From positions 34,732 through 98,731 of IMG/VR virus record IMGVR_UViG_3300025732_000023: a stretch of 64,000 bases of DNA, one strand, 5' to 3'. This stretch comes from a virus. The position numbers were made by a program, and so were the translations under genes. Of the stretch, positions 58,446 through 64,000 are shown in pieces. The notes below the pieces were generated by a model. The model did not search any database, was not told the DNA's origin, and was given only the letters and a program-made list of their open reading frames with translations. The first letter of the stretch is position 1. Each line of letters begins with the position of its first letter.

Positions 58446-60371
58446 TTATTTCCTCTCGATGTCTCCGTTGGAATAACTTGAAGTGTAATAATCTCTTGTA
58501 AAAGTAACCCCAGAGATATCTTCTCCGGAGGCAATAACATCCTTAAGCATATTTATCTTGCTACTAGAAACGCTAAAACTCAGATATAAATCTTTCAATC
58601 CAATTACATCATTTGAATCTGGGAAAGCCTGAACTTCAATAAGTTCATTTTCTGCAACTGTTGAAGTGATATTAATTGTGTTTACTAATATTTCACCATT
58701 AGTATAATCGACAGTTCCGATTGATTTTAAAACAACCTGATTTTGTCCTCTGTCGGTTTGACGAATTACTGCCAAAATACCTTTACCACTTCCATCCAAA
58801 TTGCCACTTGCATCTTTATTGGGAACATCTGTAAGATAAACAATATTATCAGATCCTTGTATAGTAAATCCTGTACTCTTTATATTATATCCCTGTGGAT
58901 TGATGCGGAAACGATTACCAAAGCACAACTCATATTGTGCAAATTGATTCACAAGAGCTTTCATATCTCTTCTAATTTTAACTTTTGTAATATTAGAAGT
59001 AATTGCAGAATCAACTCTATCAATTAATTGAAGTACTTTACTATACTTAAATCTTCCACCAAATCTATTGATATCAACATTCTTAGAGTAGTCTGATAGT
59101 GTGTTAATAACAAGAGTTTTTAGTTCATCAACATTCGATACCTGATTTGCATTGTAGTAAACTGAACTATCAATTTCAACATAGAGAATTTTAAGATCAA
59201 TTATTTTTTGATTAATTCCCGAAATCGAATATTGCTTTAATTTTGAAAGAATATTTTGTTTGTCAAAATCTGAAACATACGTACCATTTTTTGGTTTAAT
59301 ACTAATCTGAACTGTTCCAAATTCTGGAGGACTTAATTCTTCTCCACCAACAACTGCAACAGATTCTGTATTTGGATACACTGATTGAATAATTGCCTCA
59401 TAATCTCTTGCAGTAACAGCTCTGTACTGGGCAGAATATAATCTAGGTGCGAAATATTTTATAGATGAAACTGGTTCAACATCTCCACCATTTCTAGCTC
59501 TATCAATAGTATTAATAGTAATTCTTCTTGATGGAATTACTCTTAAATTAGATGCATCAACAAAACTACCTTGGAAAGCAAAGTTGGTTGGACCATTTCC
59601 TTCCGTACCTTCTGTTACAATATATCTTGCTGTGACTATTGCATTGTTTTCAAGTTTTTTGCCAAAATATCCATCGCCAAAAAGAAGTTCATATTTTTCA
59701 TCTTGAACTTCTTGAATCAAATAAATTTCTGAATTTTTATTAATGTTTAGAATATTATCTACTTTAAAATATTCTCTTCCAAGTCCACTATCATTAATAC
59801 CTTTTACATATACAACAATTTTAGAAGTATCAATTCCAGAATTTTCAAGAATAAATCTTTGATCTTGTGAATTGTTAACGATCCATTGTTTTGTAAGATA
59901 TGTTCCCTGATAGACTAAAATTGGTGAAGAGGATGATCCAAATCTTGCAACACCATCTTTAACAGTTGTTGTTATATCTTCCGAAATTGAGAACCTATAT
60001 GATGTGTCATTAAACGCTCCAACACACACCAGACCCGCTTGTAGAGTGAGAAAGGGACTTGTGGTATCTGTTTCCACATTGAAGGTAATCGCCGCCCTAG
60101 CGGCGCTTCTGGAACGAGGTACGTAACCAATATTTCTTGCTAAGGATACAACATTTTCTCTTAAAACTGCCGAATCCAAAAAGGATTCGTTCACAATCAT
60201 ATTAGAGTTGAACGCTGTAATGTAAGTGTTATATGCTAATGTATCAATCAGCACAGAAAAATTTGATCCCTCAAAATCAAAATCCGTGAAATTTGAATTT
60301 GCACGGAGATAATTCTTGATCTGAGATTTGATTTGATCGAAATCTAGGTTCGTAAACTGTGTAAAAGGCAT
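58446..60371 (-). CDS. g6: baseplate wedge subunit gp6
   Basis: LDFDQIK, FTDFDFEGS, QYRAVTARDY. Confidence 0.95.
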   Translation of the reverse strand: MPFTQFTNLDFDQIKSQIKNYLRANSNFTDFDFEGSNFSVLIDTLAYNTYITAFNSNMIVNESFLDSAVLRENVVSLARNIGYVPRSRSAARAAITFNVETDTTSPFLTLQAGLVCVGAFNDTSYRFSISEDITTTVKDGVARFGSSSSPILVYQGTYLTKQWIVNNSQDQRFILENSGIDTSKIVVYVKGINDSGLGREYFKVDNILNINKNSEIYLIQEVQDEKYELLFGDGYFGKKLENNAIVTARYIVTEGTEGNGPTNFAFQGSFVDASNLRVIPSRRITINTIDRARNGGDVEPVSSIKYFAPRLYSAQYRAVTARDYEAIIQSVYPNTESVAVVGGEELSPPEFGTVQISIKPKNGTYVSDFDKQNILSKLKQYSISGINQKIIDLKILYVEIDSSVYYNANQVSNVDELKTLVINTLSDYSKNVDINRFGGRFKYSKVLQLIDRVDSAITSNITKVKIRRDMKALVNQFAQYELCFGNRFRINPQGYNIKSTGFTIQGSDNIVYLTDVPNKDASGNLDGSGKGILAVIRQTDRGQNQVVLKSIGTVDYTNGEILVNTINITSTVAENELIEVQAFPDSNDVIGLKDLYLSFSVSSSKINMLKDVIASGEDISGVTFTRDYYTSSYSNGDIERK

Positions 60372-60372
60372 T

Positions 60373-60771
60373 TTATCTTGTTGCCTCTAATAAGAATGAA
60401 AATTGTTGTCTTAAAGTTTCTCCAATAATATCAAAAAAGACTGCCACTTCAAATGAGTTGTCGTCAGGTCTTGGTTCTACCTCGACCTTGACATTAGTAA
60501 CTCTTGGTTCAAAGTTTTCAATGGAAGTTATAATTTGATCTTCAATTGCAGATGCTGTACCATAGTCAACGTACTCAAATAACAATCTGCGTACATTAGA
60601 TCCAATATATGGATTGTAAAATCTTTCCGTCAGATTAGTTTCCACTAAATTACGAACAGATCTTGTGATCGCTCGCTCATTTACCAGAATAGGTAAATCT
60701 TTTGTCACAGGATGTGGATCAAAAGATAAGCTAATATCTTTATATCCTCTTGATATTCGTGTGACTTCCAT
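60373..60771 (-). CDS. g25: baseplate wedge subunit gp25
   Basis: DISLSF..HPVT.D, ERFYNP..GS, FEPRV. Confidence 0.93.
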   Translation of the reverse strand: MEVTRISRGYKDISLSFDPHPVTKDLPILVNERAITRSVRNLVETNLTERFYNPYIGSNVRRLLFEYVDYGTASAIEDQIITSIENFEPRVTNVKVEVEPRPDDNSFEVAVFFDIIGETLRQQFSFLLEATR

Positions 60772-60803
60772 TGATGTATAGATTTTCTCAGATTATTTAT
60801 TCG

Positions 60804-61046
60804 TCATTTCCAAGGAATTCCATATGTTGGTTCTGTTCCATACTCCCAATCATCATAATCTTCGTCATTACGAATCTTTTCATGTAATTCTTCTTGTTTT
60901 TTTAAGTCATGTTTTGGTGCAAGATCATGCATCACCTCTTGAATGACTCTTTTTTGCTCAAAACCATCATAATCACTCACAAGTTTAGTGGTTCCCCACA
61001 TCTGATACATGTAGTTTGAGTCTCTATCGACTGGTAAATTAGACAT
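60804..61046 (-). CDS. conserved small hypothetical protein
   Basis: 80-aa ORF with GGAG ribosome-binding site; DEDYDDWEYG. Confidence 0.7.
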   Translation of the reverse strand: MSNLPVDRDSNYMYQMWGTTKLVSDYDGFEQKRVIQEVMHDLAPKHDLKKQEELHEKIRNDEDYDDWEYGTEPTYGIPWK

Positions 61047-61084
61047 TTTAGCTCCTGTTTTAATGAATAAAACAGAACTTTTAT

Positions 61085-61106
61085 AAAGGAGGTTGCTATC
61101 TCCTTA
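61085..61106 (-). terminator. hairpin after speD, possible terminator
   Basis: AAGGAGAT-AGCA-ACCTCCTT imperfect stem; weak T tail. Confidence 0.4.
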
Positions 61107-61113
61107 TGTCTAT

Positions 61114-61440
61114 TTAACGATCGACTTCACGCAGAGAATATGAGTCAGAATTGAGGTATTTTAGAATTTCTAAGGCAATAAGACGTGGATTTCCCTCTCC
61201 ACAAGTGTATACATCTACTGCCAAACACCCATTTTCAGGCCAAGTATGGCAAGAAACGTGACTTTCTGCTAGTGCAATGACGACTGTACATCCTTGTGGC
61301 ACAAAACAGTGTGAAAATGTGTTCAAAATCGTCATTTTGGCACGATTAATGCCTCTAATCATTGCATTTTGAAGCGATTCTACATCATTAATCGCTTCAA
61401 AATCAACATCATACACCTCTAGGAGCAGGTGCTTGCCCAT
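61114..61440 (-). CDS. speD: S-adenosylmethionine decarboxylase proenzyme family (pyruvoyl-dependent); start re-called at MGKHLLL
   Basis: MGKHLL, F.PQGCT, LAE-SHVSCHTWPE self-cleavage motif, DVYTCG. Confidence 0.92.
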   Translation of the reverse strand: MGKHLLLEVYDVDFEAINDVESLQNAMIRGINRAKMTILNTFSHCFVPQGCTVVIALAESHVSCHTWPENGCLAVDVYTCGEGNPRLIALEILKYLNSDSYSLREVDR

Positions 61441-61478
61441 CGAATATTGTTTCAACTCAGTTTGATTAAAAAATTTAT

Positions 61479-62081
61479 TTATTTGACCCAAAAACCCTTT
61501 CTGTGATACGTATCATACTCTTTGTCTTCAATATAAGTCATGTTTTCAACTTTTTCATTATTCCAAACAGGTATTGCAACTGTGTTTCCGTACCGAAAAT
61601 CTGGATTTTGACGAAATTGTACTTCAATCACGTGATTTCCAATCATTTCGCAGTTAATCCATTCATAGTTACCAACCAAATCATTCAAAATTGATGGAAA
61701 TTCTACTTCAACATCAAGTTTTGTCCATTTTGCCCACTTGTACAGGGGATCATCGGCATTTTTTTCACCCAAAACAACCAGTTTTGACTTCTTCTCATAA
61801 AAATCAACACTTAAATGTGGTCCTTGAAAGATTTCACACCAAAACTCCGCAGGATGAAAGTGTTCTGTTTCCTTTTCAATCCATTCCTTACGAGCAAAAC
61901 GCCCCATACCAAGCAAATTGATACAGGGTCGAACAATATAAAAGTCGGTTTTGGGAACTGTGGTTCCAGTAGGACCACAAGTATAACCCAATAACCGACT
62001 TAATGACAGTTTATTATATGCCCAGATGTCTTTTGGATGTATTTGATTCCATTCATCGTTGACATCTAGGAAGTAACTCAT
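61479..62081 (-). CDS. ATP-grasp-like protein
   Basis: YNKL, IVRPCINLLGMG, CEIFQGPHLSVD, INCEM...IEVQFR correspond to ATP-grasp motifs. Confidence 0.55.
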   Translation of the reverse strand: MSYFLDVNDEWNQIHPKDIWAYNKLSLSRLLGYTCGPTGTTVPKTDFYIVRPCINLLGMGRFARKEWIEKETEHFHPAEFWCEIFQGPHLSVDFYEKKSKLVVLGEKNADDPLYKWAKWTKLDVEVEFPSILNDLVGNYEWINCEMIGNHVIEVQFRQNPDFRYGNTVAIPVWNNEKVENMTYIEDKEYDTYHRKGFWVK

Positions 62082-62233
62082 CCTTTACCTTGTCCTCTAT
62101 ACTTTTTACGCGCTCCATTGCGAGAAGACGCGGCATATTTGGTTCCCATGCCATCGCCTTGGCGAGACTTTTTGGGAGGTCCAGGAATATAAGAAGTTCT
62201 TTTGTTCAGACCACCACTGGATTTTGCAGCCAT
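62078..62233 (-). CDS. small basic Gly/Lys/Arg-rich protein (51 aa, not in ORF track)
   Basis: MAAKSSGGLNKRTSYIPGPPKKSRQGDGMGTKYAASSRNGARKKYRGQGKG; ATGA overlap. Confidence 0.75.
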   Translation of the reverse strand: MAAKSSGGLNKRTSYIPGPPKKSRQGDGMGTKYAASSRNGARKKYRGQGKG

Positions 62234-62236
62234 TGA

Positions 62237-62401
62237 TTAATTCTCCAAATAAATTTCAGTTTCAAGTTCGCTTGGGTTTGGAGAACCTGTCTCATAAAAC
62301 TGTTCAGACAGATCCTCCATAGTGTCGAAGTATTCTTCCTCTGTAAGGTTTTGATAAATTTTCCGACCGTTACATAGAATATTATACCGCTCTTGTGCCA
62401 T
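62237..62401 (-). CDS. small acidic hypothetical protein (54 aa; start re-called)
   Basis: MAQERYNILCNGRKIYQNLTEEEYFDTMEDL..., begins 1 nt after the GT stop. Confidence 0.7.
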   Translation of the reverse strand: MAQERYNILCNGRKIYQNLTEEEYFDTMEDLSEQFYETGSPNPSELETEIYLEN

Positions 62402-62402
62402 C

Positions 62403-63176
62403 TTAGATAATACGTGACTTCTCGTGACCGACGCGAATGCGAGGATCACACCAGATTTCAAATCCTGCTTCTTTTGCATCCAAACAGAAGGATACGTCCT
62501 CTCCACACATGTCCTGAACTTCACCAGATTCAAAGACCTGCATCTTCGGTGCGAACCAAGGATACTTCATTTCAGAATGTTCAAACACACCGTTCTTAAT
62601 CAAAACCCAACCAAATCCAGTGTAATCAACAGTAAATGGTTTCCGACGCTTCTGAATGCTTTCCAGAGTTTCGTGATTCATAACACCACCATTACCTCTG
62701 AAATCATCTTCGTCCAACCAGTGTGCAACTGAGGTGGTCATACCATCTTCGGTACAATACCAACCAGCAGCAATGTCTTGATCCATCAGAACCAGTTGCC
62801 AGAACTTTTCACTGTTAAAGACGATATCACTATCAATCCACAGTTGCCAATCATAATTCAGTTTTCCATCCCAAGGCTTTTGATCAGGACCACGTAGAAC
62901 ATTTGCACCTAGACACTTACAACGTGCAAAGTTCACCATTGAACTATAATCTTGTGAGATCTGAATACTTGCACCTGCTTGTACAAGATCAAAACAAAGT
63001 TGAACAAAGTTTTTCAGATATGTATAGGAAACACCACGTCCAGGAAGACAAAATACAATTGTCTTTCCACGTACCATTTCCCTTGCCTTGTCGTAGTCCC
63101 ATTCAGATTCTTTGGTGACTACTGGACTCTTTGCCTTTACAGTAAATCCTTTTGTCATAACTTGATTAATTTTCAA
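62403..63176 (-). CDS. GT-A fold (family 2-like) glycosyltransferase; likely start 63158
   Basis: WIDSDIVF DxD motif, GFGWVLIK..VFE, GEDVSFC, RVGHEK. Confidence 0.85.
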   Translation of the reverse strand: MKINQVMTKGFTVKAKSPVVTKESEWDYDKAREMVRGKTIVFCLPGRGVSYTYLKNFVQLCFDLVQAGASIQISQDYSSMVNFARCKCLGANVLRGPDQKPWDGKLNYDWQLWIDSDIVFNSEKFWQLVLMDQDIAAGWYCTEDGMTTSVAHWLDEDDFRGNGGVMNHETLESIQKRRKPFTVDYTGFGWVLIKNGVFEHSEMKYPWFAPKMQVFESGEVQDMCGEDVSFCLDAKEAGFEIWCDPRIRVGHEKSRII

Positions 63177-63180
63177 TCAT

Positions 63181-63209
63181 ATCATACAGTATTATGTAGT
63201 GGTTGTCAA
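63181..63209 (-). promoter_or_regulatory. sigma70 promoter for the GT cluster
   Basis: TTGACA-N17-TATGAT. Confidence 0.75.
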
Positions 63210-63364
63210 TGATCCACTTCTTTGTAATGAAGGTCCTCTGAACAGTATTCAGTCTTCATAATTCCGACCATAATGTTCAAAGTACTCCAAGTCGTTTTGA
63301 ATTCACTTTCAGTTACTGAATGAAAGATACATCTATCTTTTACATAGATATCATATTTTTTCAT
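63206..63364 (-). CDS. small hypothetical protein (52 aa, not in ORF track)
   Basis: MKKYDIYVKDRCIFHSVTESEFKTTWSTLNIMVGIMKTEYCSEDLHYKEVDH; ATGA overlap. Confidence 0.7.
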   Translation of the reverse strand: MKKYDIYVKDRCIFHSVTESEFKTTWSTLNIMVGIMKTEYCSEDLHYKEVDH

Positions 63365-63531
63365 TCTGTTTCTGAAAGTATGAGTTCACTACCCTCTAAG
63401 GTAAACGTAATCTCAGTATCCTCGTACCACGAAAGCTCATTGACCATCCACTCTGGCAGTTTAATCGAATACTCCCCACTGATCGGATCGACTTCTATGG
63501 GGCGTTTTTCTTCTCCGGATTTTTTTCTCAT
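63361..63531 (-). CDS. AbrB/MazE/SpoVT-like DNA-binding protein (56 aa, not in ORF track)
   Basis: GEYSIKLPEWMVNELSWYEDTEITFTLEGSELIL fits the swapped-hairpin pattern. Confidence 0.65.
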   Translation of the reverse strand: MRKKSGEEKRPIEVDPISGEYSIKLPEWMVNELSWYEDTEITFTLEGSELILSETE

Positions 63532-63769
63532 TCGCACGAATATAATTTTAGATTATATATCAACCTTATGAGAACTTTTTATTGGGGAAAAATTTTTTGA
63601 TTTTCGATGTTTAATGAGTCTGATATTTCTCTCGCGTCCGTAACACTTTGTAGGTTAGGGTAGTTAGGGGTTTTTATAACAACCCCCCATCACGCGCCGC
63701 GACCGCACGGGGGCGGCGGCGGGGGCACTGCGCCCCACGAACCCAGTGCCCGTGTGCTAGGATGGGGGG

Positions 63770-63955
63770 TCACCCCTCCCACTGGGGTGCCACCACGTCC
63801 GAAGCGTAGCAGTCGGCATGGCACCCTGCCCACCACCACGCCTCTGCTGGCGTGATCACGCCAGCGTAGCGGTTCTGAGGACCGTCATCAGTCTTGCGCT
63901 TAACCCACATGGTCTGACGGGTTTCCAGGTCGGAGCACTGAGAGAAGATTGCCAT
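63770..63955 (-). CDS. GC-rich small hypothetical protein, probably early
   Basis: 61-aa ORF with extended -10 TGcTACACT about 30 nt upstream. Confidence 0.55.
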   Translation of the reverse strand: MAIFSQCSDLETRQTMWVKRKTDDGPQNRYAGVITPAEAWWWAGCHADCYASDVVAPQWEG

Positions 63956-64000
63956 GATCGGTTCGGGGTGTGAACTGCTGATAGTGTAGCACGAAACGGG

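Noticed and set aside
63320-63571. 83-aa plus-strand ORF
   Set aside because: Antisense to two better-supported coupled minus-strand ORFs
1-64000. Genome-wide stop-codon reassignment
   Set aside because: Core genes translate full length in the standard code and TAA, TAG and TGA all serve as stops; the case at 15609 is isolated

Overview
64 kb of a T4-like myovirus genome, almost certainly a cyanophage. Host evidence: a DUF3110-like gene, cobS, speD, and the cyanomyovirus gene order g23-g3-uvsY-uvsW-g55-g47-g46-...-g45-g44. All credible genes are on the minus strand. In transcription order (right to left): a GC-rich terminal segment with a structured non-coding region; an AbrB-like gene; a GT2 glycosyltransferase / ATP-grasp-like / speD cluster; baseplate genes (g25, g6, giant g7, g8, a DUF4815-like protein); neck, terminase, tail and head genes (g13-g23, g3); then uvsY, uvsW, g55, g47, g46, a vWA-metallopeptidase plus CobS-like AAA pair, g45 and a partial g44. 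No tRNA, rRNA, CRISPR array, intron or intein was seen. Main points of interest: (1) a family of late-expressed, modular, probably capsid-packaged cargo proteins, some with T4-like capsid-targeting leaders, sharing 'LxxEGY' and 'EPxGE' modules; it includes an RlpA-like transglycosylase and a 751-aa apparent polyprotein; (2) the GT2 + ATP-grasp + SpeD cluster; (3) a repeated motif-hairpin-TATAAT promoter design; (4) a near-consensus antisense promoter next to g55; (5) an in-frame stop with a coupled downstream tail; (6) an NblA-like small protein. All family assignments come from motif recognition and synteny, not database searches.
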